From the NCBI GenBank assembly GCA_963716395.1, contig OY970309.1:1152001-1216000 (forward strand): DNA of 64,000 bases, written 5' to 3'. Below are positions 39,588 to 48,700 of the stretch, one piece after another. Source of the stretch: an uncultured Fibrobacteria bacterium (lineage in GTDB: Bacteria; Fibrobacterota; Fibrobacteria; UBA11236). Positions within the stretch are counted from its first letter, which is position 1, and each line of letters starts with the position of its first letter. The notes under the pieces are model-generated. The model had not been told where the DNA came from, did not search any database, and was given only the letters and a program-made list of their open reading frames with translations. The translations under genes and the position numbers were made by a program.

Positions 39588-41960
39588 TTACAACGAGGCC
39601 GCCGGCGTGGCGACGGGGGAAATATCGACGAGCAGCGGCAGATGATCCGAGGCCACGCGGGTCAAATGCGTGCGCGGAACCTGCACGGCCTCGGCGCGCA
39701 GCTCCGGACTGAGCAACACGTGGTCGATGCGCGTCATAGGCAGGCTTCCGAAAAAAGTGTTGCGCGGCCGGTGTCCGCGGCCGCGCTGGGCGTCGTGCCA
39801 GTACCGGCCCAGGCGCGCCAGCGGCGGCGAGTCGGGACCGGCATTGAAATCGCCGGCCAGGATGAGCGGCGCGTCGTCGCCCGCGAGTCGCGTCTGCAAC
39901 GCGCGGGCCTGGGCGTCGCGCTCCGCGGCGGTAAGACCGAAATGCGTGCAGCACAAACGCAGATGCCCGCCGTTCCGAGGCACGACGGCACCCAGCGCCC
40001 CGCGCGCTTCGCCGCGGAACCCCGGAGGCATCGGAAAGGTGAACTGCCAGACTTCGGCAAAGGGAAAAATCCCCAGCCAGGCATTGCCGAACCCATCGTT
40101 GACCACGTCGAGGGTTTCGGGGTAGCGATAGGACGACACTAGGCGATCGCGCACGCGCCGCGCCTGCGTGTGCCCGTGATCCTCGTAACATTCCTGTAAA
40201 GCAATAAGGTGCGGACGGTAGGCCGCGATGACGCGGGCGATGCGATCCGGCGACGAGCGCCCGTCCATGCCCACGAGCCCGTGCACGTTGTAGCACAGCA
40301 CGCGCAGCCGCGGTTCCGAGGGAAACGGCAGCGGCGGCACGGAAGCAGGCGCGGCCGGCTGCCGAGCCGCCTGCACGGCCGCGCGCAGGTCGAGATGCCG
40401 GGCCGGGTCGGGCAGAAAGCGATGCCGGGGCAACAGGGCAAAGGCGCGCGTTTCGAAGAATCCCGGACCGCCGTGCGCGCCGTTTTCAAAGGCGAAGGTC
40501 ACGCAGGGGCCGCCGGGACGCCAACCGCATACCACGAGATCGCCGGCGTCGGGGTGGCGGCACAGCGTGACCAAATCCGGCCCGCACCAGGGCAGAAACG
40601 GATGGTGCGGAGTCAGCACTTCTGCGGCGTCGCGGGGCAAAAGAAAAATTCCCCGTTCGGTGTAAGCCCGCGCCGTCCCGTCGCGTAAGTCGGCCAAAAC
40701 CAGGGGCGCCCCGCTTGCGACCAGCTTGCCGGCCACCGCACCGACGTCGCCGGAAAAATCCGTGGGCAGATACACATGCGCCACCGGACCCAGGGCCGCC
40801 ACCTTGAGACCGCGCCGCTCCTGCGGAGATTCGGCCACAGAAGGACGGCGCCGCAGCAACAGGTCTTCAATCCGTTGGCCGGTGGGATCCTGGCTGCGCA
40901 TCACGCGATCCGAACCGCTGCCATCGGGGCGGGTGTCCACGCCAGCGGCCTCTTGTTTCACTTCGGCTTGCACGCAACGGGCTGCGGCCTCCGCCAGGGT
41001 TTCACGGCGTAGGCGCAGAAAAGGCACGGCGTGCTCCTGCCCGTGGTCGGAATAAATCCACACCTCGTATTCGCGCGCGCCGCTGCGCTCCGCGGCCCGG
41101 AAAATGCGGCGGATGCTGCGATCGATGCCACGCAGCCCGAAATGGGCCAGCGCCGAGGAAGGGCCGCGGCGGTGCGACTGCTCGTCGTACCCGTTGAAAT
41201 TCACCTGCACCATGGGTAACCCGCGGGTAACGTCCAGGCAGGCCATGGCGGTGATCACTTCGCGCAGGCCCACGCACACGAACACGCGCGAAAACAGAAA
41301 CAGGAATTCGTAACGGTATTCCCCGCGCCGAATTCCGCCGCGTAGTGCGTCAAACACCGCCAAAAAAGCCTCGACCCCGAGTAGCAGGCCGAGGCTCAGC
41401 AGTCCGCCGAGATTGAGCGCCGCTACGGTGACCATGCCCCAGGGGCGAATGGCCTTCATCAAGTGTGCGGCCGACAGGCGCGACGCGCAGAAATGCGCTT
41501 CCTTGGCGCCGCCGGTGTATATGTTGGAATAGCTGCTGCCCCCGCCCAGCAGAGGTTCGCCCTCTTGCTCCAAGTCGGCTTCCACGGCTGCGGCGCAGTC
41601 GCCCTTGAGCATGTTCATCAGCGAACCGTCGCTGCGGCGGCGAAAGGCAAAAGCCGGTACGGCGCAGGGCCGGCCGTAGAACAGCTCGGCTTGCGCCGCG
41701 GGCGTGGTCGAGGGCAGGCCCGAATACAGATTGTGCAATTCATAGCCGCCGCGTTGCACCAGGCCCCGCAAAAAGCGCATGCGGCCGCGCCGCAACGCAT
41801 GTTCCAATTGCACGCGGGCCAGGCCGTCGATTTGGATCAGCACCATGCCCGGCGTTTCCGACGGCTCGATCTTGGGCAGGCGCAACAGGCGCAACGACCA
41901 TTCGTTGCGCGACAGCGCGCGGCGGAGGCGGCGCGCCCCGCGTTCGATCCAATCGATCAT
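39588..41960 (-). CDS. Fusion of alkaline-phosphatase-superfamily domain and endonuclease/exonuclease/phosphatase domain
   Basis: N-terminal IQIDGL, PSTTPA, YDE.SH, SDHG, HGG; C-terminal YNVH, ALQE, THFGL, GDFN, RIDH, SDHLP. Confidence 0.85.
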   Translation of the reverse strand: MIDWIERGARRLRRALSRNEWSLRLLRLPKIEPSETPGMVLIQIDGLARVQLEHALRRGRMRFLRGLVQRGGYELHNLYSGLPSTTPAAQAELFYGRPCAVPAFAFRRRSDGSLMNMLKGDCAAAVEADLEQEGEPLLGGGSSYSNIYTGGAKEAHFCASRLSAAHLMKAIRPWGMVTVAALNLGGLLSLGLLLGVEAFLAVFDALRGGIRRGEYRYEFLFLFSRVFVCVGLREVITAMACLDVTRGLPMVQVNFNGYDEQSHRRGPSSALAHFGLRGIDRSIRRIFRAAERSGAREYEVWIYSDHGQEHAVPFLRLRRETLAEAAARCVQAEVKQEAAGVDTRPDGSGSDRVMRSQDPTGQRIEDLLLRRRPSVAESPQERRGLKVAALGPVAHVYLPTDFSGDVGAVAGKLVASGAPLVLADLRDGTARAYTERGIFLLPRDAAEVLTPHHPFLPWCGPDLVTLCRHPDAGDLVVCGWRPGGPCVTFAFENGAHGGPGFFETRAFALLPRHRFLPDPARHLDLRAAVQAARQPAAPASVPPLPFPSEPRLRVLCYNVHGLVGMDGRSSPDRIARVIAAYRPHLIALQECYEDHGHTQARRVRDRLVSSYRYPETLDVVNDGFGNAWLGIFPFAEVWQFTFPMPPGFRGEARGALGAVVPRNGGHLRLCCTHFGLTAAERDAQARALQTRLAGDDAPLILAGDFNAGPDSPPLARLGRYWHDAQRGRGHRPRNTFFGSLPMTRIDHVLLSPELRAEAVQVPRTHLTRVASDHLPLLVDISPVATPAASL

Positions 41961-43234
41961 GCGATGAACGCCTCCGACAGGGCCGAAGCTTTGGCGCCGA
42001 TCAACTTCCATTCCGCCTGCAGGCGCCGCAACGACCCCTGCCACGGGCTTTCGTCGCTGACGGCGAGCGGGCTTTCACCGCTCAGCGCCGTCCGGTACAC
42101 GGAGAGCAATCTCTCCAGGCACGCGGCGCGGTCGAAACCGGCCGCCGTAGCTTTGGCGTTACGGCGCCAGGCCGCGCGCACCGCCGCGGGGGCGGCTGGT
42201 AGCGCGCCCAAAGCGGCGGCGAAGGCCGGCGCGTCGGAGCGGGGCAACAGGCGGCCGTTCCAGCGATCGCGCACCACTTCCCGAACGCCCGGAGCATCCA
42301 GCGCCACTACGGGCACCCCGGCTGCCATGGCTTCGGCCAGCACCAGGCCCTGGGTTTCCGAAGTCGAGGCAAAGGCGAAGACATCCATGGCCGCATACAC
42401 GTCGGCCAAGTCCGATCCGCGCAGCACGCCGGCGTGGAGAACCTGGGCCTCGACGCGCGCGCGGCGGAAGATGCGTTCCAGGGTTTTCTCTTCGGGCCCG
42501 ATGCCGACCACGAGAAAGCGGGATTGGGGACGCGCCGCCAAATGCTGCGCCACCGCCCGCCCCAGAAAGGCGAGGTTTTTCTCGCGCGCCAGCCGACCCA
42601 CGTGGCCTACTACAAAAGTTTGGGCCGTCAATCCGAAGCGTTCGCGGCCGCGCCGCCGATCTCCCGCAGCGAAGAAGGCGGTGTCGATGCCCGTAGGGCA
42701 GACATGCACGGGTTTGCGCACGCCGCGCCGGCGCAGCAGTTTGGCGATGCTCTCGCTCGGCGCTATCACCCTATCGCACAAATTGGCGTATTCGGTGGGC
42801 AATTCGCGCGCGAAGCGCCGCAAGGCGGGAAATTCCGGCGCCAGGTAATGCGTGTAGCGCTCGTACAGGGTGTGGTGGGTGAACACCAGCGGCAGGCCGC
42901 GTTCGGCGGCGATGCGCACCGCGGTGTCGCCGAGCAGAAACGGGTGATGCGAATGCACCAGTTGCGGAGTAAAGGCCTCCACCGGTTCATCCAGCAAGCC
43001 CGGGACGGGAAGGCCCACCGAAAAATCGCTGCCGTTGAAATTGTGGATGGCGGGCACGCGGAGAACCTCGGCGTCGGGAACCATATTGTCGAATTCCGGC
43101 GCCACCACTTTCACCACATGGCCGCGGGCGCGTAAACCTTCGGCCATGGTGTGCACGGCATGCGCCACGCCCCCCACATGGGGCAAATAGGTGTTGGTGA
43201 ACATGAGAATGCGCAGGCAAGCGGCGTCGGACAT
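41957..43234 (-). CDS. GT4 glycosyltransferase
   Basis: TYLPHVGGVA, HSHHPFLLG, HHTLYE.Y.HY, VGRLAREKN and SETQGLVLAEAMAAG motifs. Confidence 0.9.
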   Translation of the reverse strand: MSDAACLRILMFTNTYLPHVGGVAHAVHTMAEGLRARGHVVKVVAPEFDNMVPDAEVLRVPAIHNFNGSDFSVGLPVPGLLDEPVEAFTPQLVHSHHPFLLGDTAVRIAAERGLPLVFTHHTLYERYTHYLAPEFPALRRFARELPTEYANLCDRVIAPSESIAKLLRRRGVRKPVHVCPTGIDTAFFAAGDRRRGRERFGLTAQTFVVGHVGRLAREKNLAFLGRAVAQHLAARPQSRFLVVGIGPEEKTLERIFRRARVEAQVLHAGVLRGSDLADVYAAMDVFAFASTSETQGLVLAEAMAAGVPVVALDAPGVREVVRDRWNGRLLPRSDAPAFAAALGALPAAPAAVRAAWRRNAKATAAGFDRAACLERLLSVYRTALSGESPLAVSDESPWQGSLRRLQAEWKLIGAKASALSEAFIA

Positions 43235-43374
43235 GGGGCCACTCAAAATATCCTTTTTCGCATGCGGTTATAATTTAGGGTGCCTCGTAAAATCGTAGGC
43301 TCCGCCTAGGGCAAACGGACCCATTTCCGGCGCATCGAGGAAGCAGCCTCCCCGGGCTTATCGGGCAGCTTGAC

Positions 43375-44088
43375 ATGATCGAAACCCAGTTACAATTCGG
43401 TTGGAACGCCGCTTTTTTGGGCGGCCTGTCGAGTATCGCGCTCATCGATCTGGTGCTGTCCGGCGATAATTCCATCGTGATCGCCATGGCCGTGCAAAGC
43501 TTGGCTCCCCAGAAACGCAAATGGGGCTTGTTGCTCGGCGCCGGCGCGGCCGCGGCCTTGCGCATCGCTTTCACCTTCGGCGCCCTTTGGTTATTGAACG
43601 TCCCCTTTCTCAAGTTGATCGGCGGCGCCCTCATTTTCTGGATTGCCGTGAAGCTTTTGTCACAGCCGGCGGAAACGGGAGGCCGCCGCGGCGGAAGTTC
43701 TTTGTGGAACGCCGTGGGAATCATTGTTGTGGCCGACGTGAGTATGTCGCTCGACAATGTGCTGGCCGTGGCGGGAGCAGCCCAGGGACATTCCGGCTTG
43801 CTGTGGTTCGGGTTGGGGCTTTCCATTCCGCTGGTTGTGTTCGCCAGCGGCCTCTTGTCGCGCCTGATGGATCGTTTCCCCGTCATCCTCATCGCCGGTG
43901 CGGTCATACTGGGCAAGGTGGGTGGAGAAATGATCGCCGAAGATCCCGCCGGTCAGCGCGCCCTGGCCTTTCTTCCCCATGCCGATCTCGTTTTGGGCGG
44001 CTTGGGCGCTTTGGTGATGCTGGGATTCGGGATTTGGCGCCGAAGGCGCAAGGTCGATTCGGCCAAGCATGAAAACCGACCGGGTTAA
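43375..44088 (+). CDS. TerC family (YjbE-type) membrane protein
   Basis: IDLVLSGDN and ADVSMSLDNVLAVAGAA motifs. Confidence 0.9.
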   Translation: MIETQLQFGWNAAFLGGLSSIALIDLVLSGDNSIVIAMAVQSLAPQKRKWGLLLGAGAAAALRIAFTFGALWLLNVPFLKLIGGALIFWIAVKLLSQPAETGGRRGGSSLWNAVGIIVVADVSMSLDNVLAVAGAAQGHSGLLWFGLGLSIPLVVFASGLLSRLMDRFPVILIAGAVILGKVGGEMIAEDPAGQRALAFLPHADLVLGGLGALVMLGFGIWRRRRKVDSAKHENRPG

Positions 44089-44689
44089 AAGCCTTCCGTT
44101 TCCGGCCGCATGCTTGCGCGGGGACACCCAGGTTGCGGCCCGGGCCCTGTTGGGAGCGGTGTTGCGCCACCGTAGCCCCGAAGGTACGGCCGCGGGGCGC
44201 ATCGTGGAAACCGAGGCTTATTTGCGCGACGATCCGGCCTGCCATGCCAGCCGCGGCCGAACGCCGCGCAACACCCTGATGTTCGGACCCGCGGGGCGGG
44301 CCCACATCTATTTCATCTACGGCATGTACCATTGCTTCAACGTGGTCACGGGTCCCAAGGGCGTGGGCGAAGCCGTGCTCATTCGCGCGTTGGAGCCGTT
44401 GGAAGGTGAAGAACTCATGGCCCGGCGCCGCAGGCGAGAGAATCCTCGACACTGGTGCAATGGTCCGGCCAAACTGGTGCAGGCGCTCGGCATTACCCCC
44501 GGCCAGAACGGCTGCGATTTGGGCCGCGGGCCTTTGCGGCTTTTGGCCGCCGAGAGCTATCCGGGTTGGGAAGCGAAAGCCGCCATTCGGGCCGGACCGC
44601 GCATCGGGGTTTCGGCGGCCGCCGACCGGCCTCTGCGCTTTTATCTTGACGGGAACCCATTTGTCTCCAATTTTGTCTCCCAACCTTGA
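44069..44689 (+). CDS. mpg: 3-methyladenine DNA glycosylase (AAG/MPG type)
   Basis: GRIVETEAY, YFIYGMY.C.NVV, AVLIRALEP, NGPAKL and PRIG motifs. Confidence 0.9.
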   Translation: MKTDRVKSLPFPAACLRGDTQVAARALLGAVLRHRSPEGTAAGRIVETEAYLRDDPACHASRGRTPRNTLMFGPAGRAHIYFIYGMYHCFNVVTGPKGVGEAVLIRALEPLEGEELMARRRRRENPRHWCNGPAKLVQALGITPGQNGCDLGRGPLRLLAAESYPGWEAKAAIRAGPRIGVSAAADRPLRFYLDGNPFVSNFVSQP

Positions 44690-44706
44690 GGCGGGAAAGG
44701 CCGGGC

Positions 44707-45489
44707 ATGCACATCCTGCTGGTGCAAAACGAAATCGAACACCTGCAACCCGAGCGCAACCGCGAACGGGTGCGGGAATTACTGCGCGCGGCGGAGGTGA
44801 AGCCTGCGGCATTGCTGGTCTTACCGGAATTGTTCAGCACCGGCGCCCTGCCCGAAGGTTTCGGAGCCGCCGAAGCGGCGGCGGTGGGGAAGGCCGACCG
44901 GCAATTCCTGGCCGACACGGCGCGCACGGCGCAGGCCTTTGTGCTGGGCGGCACGGTGGATGTCGAACCAGGGGCCTTGTGCAACCTGGCCTTGCTGTTC
45001 GATCCCGGCGGCGCAGAAATTGCCGCCTACCGCAAGGTGCATCCCTTTTCGCTGGGCGGCGAAGATCGGGTTTTTCAACCAGGTAACTCGTTAGTTACTC
45101 AGTCCGTGGAGGGCTTTTTGCTGCAACCGGCGATTTGCTATGACCTGCGCTTTCCCGAATTGTTCCGCGCCGGCCATCGCCGCGGCGTGACCCTGATTGC
45201 GTTGCCGGCCAATTGGCCCGAGTCGCGACAAATGCATTGGGAAATTCTGCTGCGCGCCCGCGCCATCGAAAACCAATGCTACGTCGTGGGCGTGAACTGC
45301 GTGGGGACCCAGAACGGCATTCGCTATGCGGGCGGGTCGATGGCGGTGTCGCCCAAAGGTGAGGTGATCGCCCACCTGGACGCCGCCGCCGGCGTGGCTG
45401 CGATCGCAATCGACCCGCGCGGAGTGGCGGCCTGGCGCCAGGCGTTTCCGGCCGGGCGCGATCGAAAACCCGATGCGTTTTGGTCCTAG
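44707..45489 (+). CDS. Carbon-nitrogen hydrolase (nitrilase family amidohydrolase)
   Basis: LPELFSTG, YRKVH, ICYDLRFPE and ARAIENQ motifs. Confidence 0.9.
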   Translation: MHILLVQNEIEHLQPERNRERVRELLRAAEVKPAALLVLPELFSTGALPEGFGAAEAAAVGKADRQFLADTARTAQAFVLGGTVDVEPGALCNLALLFDPGGAEIAAYRKVHPFSLGGEDRVFQPGNSLVTQSVEGFLLQPAICYDLRFPELFRAGHRRGVTLIALPANWPESRQMHWEILLRARAIENQCYVVGVNCVGTQNGIRYAGGSMAVSPKGEVIAHLDAAAGVAAIAIDPRGVAAWRQAFPAGRDRKPDAFWS

Positions 45490-45522
45490 CGACAAAGAAC
45501 GATCCGGCCAGGAGGAAACGTC

Positions 45523-45990
45523 ATGAAAATCGCTTTTCAAATCGAAGTGCGGGCCCCGATGGAAGCGGTATGGAAAACCTTGCTCGACTTCGGGCATTAT
45601 TCGGAATGGAATTCCCTGCTTCCCTCGGTGGAAGGCGACCCGGCTTTGGACGCGACCCTGCAGGTCGTGGTCAGCCCCTTGGGATTGAACCGCCGCCATA
45701 TTGCCGCCCAGGTGACGGGTTTCATGTCGCCCAAATATTTCAGCCTGGAAAGCGCGCATCGCTTCGGCGCCTGGTTTTACCGCGAAGAGCTGGTGTTTCG
45801 CATGAAAGAAAAGGCCGACGGCGTGGAGTTTTTCGCCGAAGCCTTTGTGACCGGCCTGAGCCTGCGCTTTCGACGCGCTTCCGTAGAGGGCGCCTTTCGC
45901 CGCTCGCTGCTGCGCACGGCCGAGTCGCTCAAAGAACGGGTCGAAGCCGAAGGCGCGCCGGAGGCGAATCCGAACCCCCAGGCCGGATGA
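45523..45990 (+). CDS. SRPBCC domain protein
   Basis: IEVRAP.E.VW..L.DF..Y.EWN...LKERVE; GGAGG RBS. Confidence 0.8.
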   Translation: MKIAFQIEVRAPMEAVWKTLLDFGHYSEWNSLLPSVEGDPALDATLQVVVSPLGLNRRHIAAQVTGFMSPKYFSLESAHRFGAWFYREELVFRMKEKADGVEFFAEAFVTGLSLRFRRASVEGAFRRSLLRTAESLKERVEAEGAPEANPNPQAG

Positions 45991-46605
45991 TTATCGGCGT
46001 TGGGCCGCGCGCTTTTTGAGCGGATATTCCCACAGGGTTTCCGCGACGCCGGCGCGTTTCGACGCGTAGCGTGCGGCCACGAAAAACCAATCCGACAGGC
46101 GGTTGAGGTAGCGTCCCGCTTCCGGCGGAACCGTCTCCCGGCGGCCGAGCGCCACCACGGTGCGTTCGACGCGGCGGCATTGGGCGCGGGCCTGATGCAA
46201 CCAGGCGTTGGGCCAGGAACCTCCGGGCAATACGAAGGAGACGAGCGGGGGCAGCGATTTCTGCATGGCGTCCATGTCCCGCTCCAAAGCGGTAACTTCG
46301 GCGTCACCCGGCAAGGGCATGCCTTCCCAGCTTGCGCCGGCCGGGGCGGATAAAACGCAGCCCAGGTCGAATAGGCGCTGCTGGATGGCGCGCAGGTGTT
46401 TTTCCAGGGTGCGGCGATCCGCGGCCGGCAGTTTTCGATCCGCGGCCAGAGCGGCGCGGCACAAACCGAGGACGCAGTTCAATTCGTCGATGCCGCCGTA
46501 AGCCGCCACGCGCGCGTGGTCTTTGGGCACGCGCACCCCGCCGATCAACGCCGTGTGGCCGTCGTCTCCCGAGCGCGTATACACGCGGTTGATGCGCAGG
46601 GGCAT
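45991..46605 (-). CDS. Cob(I)alamin adenosyltransferase (PduO type)
   Basis: VYTRSGDDG.T, AYG..DELN, FVLPGG, CRRVER and YLNRLSD motifs. Confidence 0.92.
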   Translation of the reverse strand: MPLRINRVYTRSGDDGHTALIGGVRVPKDHARVAAYGGIDELNCVLGLCRAALAADRKLPAADRRTLEKHLRAIQQRLFDLGCVLSAPAGASWEGMPLPGDAEVTALERDMDAMQKSLPPLVSFVLPGGSWPNAWLHQARAQCRRVERTVVALGRRETVPPEAGRYLNRLSDWFFVAARYASKRAGVAETLWEYPLKKRAAQRR

Positions 46606-46608
46606 GGG

Positions 46609-47019
46609 TCAGGGTTTCGGATCGTAAAAACGCAACGGCGTCATTCTTGCGATCCGTTTGAAATCGCCGTCGGTGGAAAAAATCGGCGCCTGCAAACGCC
46701 GGGATACGGAGCAGATCAGAAAATCGGTATTCGACCCCTGAATTCCGGAAGCACGGCAGCGGTTGAATAATTCGGCGGCCGTTTCATAATCCTCAGGGAG
46801 CAGGGAGAGATCGGGAAAACTTCGCAAGCGATCGCGCAGCATCACGAATTGCGAAGGTTCTTTGATGCCGGAAAGAATTTCCTGCCGGACGGGGCCCAAA
46901 ACCAACGCCCGGCTTTCCCGAATCAGTTCCCGCAGAAGCGCGGAAACCAGGGGCGGCTCGCCTTTGGGGCGCCTCCGGAAGGTTTCGGACCAAATGCAGG
47001 TGTCCACCAAGACATTCAC
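46609..47019 (-). CDS. vapC: VapC PIN-domain toxin
   Basis: VLVDTCIW, E.LSG, DFLI and TDGDF acidic PIN residues. Confidence 0.88.
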   Translation of the reverse strand: MNVLVDTCIWSETFRRRPKGEPPLVSALLRELIRESRALVLGPVRQEILSGIKEPSQFVMLRDRLRSFPDLSLLPEDYETAAELFNRCRASGIQGSNTDFLICSVSRRLQAPIFSTDGDFKRIARMTPLRFYDPKP

Positions 47020-47216
47020 TTCCGCCGCCGTTGCCGCTTGTAATCGAAATGCGGGTCGTACTCGATTTTGCCGAACAGATCGACGATTTTCATTTGCTCG
47101 TGTCGTTGCACGTATTCCTTCAACGCCTCGGTGACCGCGGCTTTTTTGGTTCCATGCCGTCCGGCTTTTTGCGCCGCCACGATCAGCTTATCATCGATGG
47201 CCAAATTCGTCGCCAT
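47016..47216 (-). CDS. vapB: VapB antitoxin
   Basis: MATNLAIDDKLI...TKKAAV.EAL.EY; GTGA overlap with vapC. Confidence 0.85.
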   Translation of the reverse strand: MATNLAIDDKLIVAAQKAGRHGTKKAAVTEALKEYVQRHEQMKIVDLFGKIEYDPHFDYKRQRRRK

Positions 47217-47231
47217 GCCCACCTCATTTTT

Positions 47232-47260
47232 TACACATAATTCTACACTACTATTTACAC
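47232..47260. promoter_or_regulatory. Putative vapBC operator: three TACAC repeats at 12-bp period
   Basis: TACAC at 47232, 47244 and 47256 in the AT-rich region upstream of vapB. Confidence 0.5.
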
Positions 47261-47296
47261 AATTGCAAACTCAAAATTAACCTAATTTTGCACCCC

Positions 47297-47875
47297 ATGA
47301 ATTACGCCGCACGTTCACACCGCCGAGGACACAGCCGCATGCTTTGGTTTTCCATATTGTGCATGGCGGTTGCGCTGGCGGGTTGCGCCCTCCTCCCTTC
47401 CGGATCCGCGCAACCCCAGCGACTCCACATCCTGCCCAACGACCGGATTTTTCTGGTCGTCGCCCCCTTCGATTCGGTGACGCAGGCGGAGCTGACGCAT
47501 CTCGAACTCAATCCGGAAAAGCTTTACGGCGACCTCGTGTCGGAATTGCAATACCAACTGTATCTGCACAAACACGAAGAGGCTGCGGATAGCGCGGACG
47601 CCACGGTGCGCATGACCCTGTCGATCCGGCGCCTGCAACCCGGCGCTGGCAATTCCGGTACCTTCATCGAGGGATCTCTGACGGCGGAACGCGGTGGAAG
47701 CGGGCCCGAAACCGTGGCCCTGGAAATCCGCCAACCGGCGAAGGCCAATGTTCCCCAGGAATTCCTGCCGTTGCAGGTGCCGCGGGCCTTAGCCGCAGAA
47801 ATCATGGATCGCCTGGAAACGCCGAAGTCGACTTCCAGCGAGTTCACCACGCCCCAGTTGATTCTGCTTCATTAA
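47297..47875 (+). CDS. Hypothetical lipoprotein
   Basis: Lipobox LAGC after a hydrophobic stretch; start could be 47339. Confidence 0.65.
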   Translation: MNYAARSHRRGHSRMLWFSILCMAVALAGCALLPSGSAQPQRLHILPNDRIFLVVAPFDSVTQAELTHLELNPEKLYGDLVSELQYQLYLHKHEEAADSADATVRMTLSIRRLQPGAGNSGTFIEGSLTAERGGSGPETVALEIRQPAKANVPQEFLPLQVPRALAAEIMDRLETPKSTSSEFTTPQLILLH

Positions 47876-47878
47876 CAA

Positions 47879-48700
47879 TCAGGCGTAAAACCCGTTTCGG
47901 GCCAAAAACTCCGCCGAGGCGCGCAAGGCCCGTCGCCAATCGTCTTTGAAGGGATACAAATCCGGGGTGAGATCGCCGGCATAGCCGCCTTCGGTCAAGG
48001 CCGCGAACACGGCGGTGAAGTCCACGTCGCCGTCGCCGAACAGCAGGTGCCGGTGCACGCGGCCGCGGATGTCTTCAAGATGCACGTTGGAAAGATGGGG
48101 GGCGAGCGTGCGCAGGCAGGCGGCGATCTCTTCGCCTTCGACCGCACTATGCCCCACGTCGAAATTGGCGAACACTTCTCCGGGAAAGCGTCGGCACAAC
48201 GACCGCAGTTGGGCCGTGGCATGGATGAGATGCTCGGGCTCCTGCTCCACCGCCACACGTACCGAACGGGGCCGCCCCGCCACGATTTCTTCCAGCGCCG
48301 CAAACACCCGGACTTCTTCCGCGGCAAAATCCGCCGCGTGCGTCGGTAATCCCGTAGTTACGGTCATATAAGCGCTACCCAGGTTTTCCGCGATGCGGCA
48401 AGCGGCCAGGGCCGCCCCGATACGGCGGGTTCGGCCGGCCGGGTCGGGCGCGCCGAGCCCGGGCCGGTGCGCTGCGGGGCCGAGCAGGTACGGCGCGCCC
48501 AAATGCACGTTGCGCACGCGCAAGCCCCGGCTTTCCAATTCGAGGCGGAACCCGCGCCAAAACCCCGTGTCGCCGGCACGCACCAAGGTATCGGGCGTCA
48601 CCACGAATTCCACCCCCCGGAAGGGCGTGGGAAGCAGGGCGGCGGCGATTTGGGAGGCGGTGAAACCGTCGGGCAGCGAACCCGTGCTATAGCAAAGCAT
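47879..48700 (-). CDS. Sugar phosphate isomerase/epimerase (xylose-isomerase-like TIM barrel)
   Basis: E.EP, DVGH, HLED and H.HLLFGDGDVDF metal motifs. Confidence 0.85.
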   Translation of the reverse strand: MLCYSTGSLPDGFTASQIAAALLPTPFRGVEFVVTPDTLVRAGDTGFWRGFRLELESRGLRVRNVHLGAPYLLGPAAHRPGLGAPDPAGRTRRIGAALAACRIAENLGSAYMTVTTGLPTHAADFAAEEVRVFAALEEIVAGRPRSVRVAVEQEPEHLIHATAQLRSLCRRFPGEVFANFDVGHSAVEGEEIAACLRTLAPHLSNVHLEDIRGRVHRHLLFGDGDVDFTAVFAALTEGGYAGDLTPDLYPFKDDWRRALRASAEFLARNGFYA

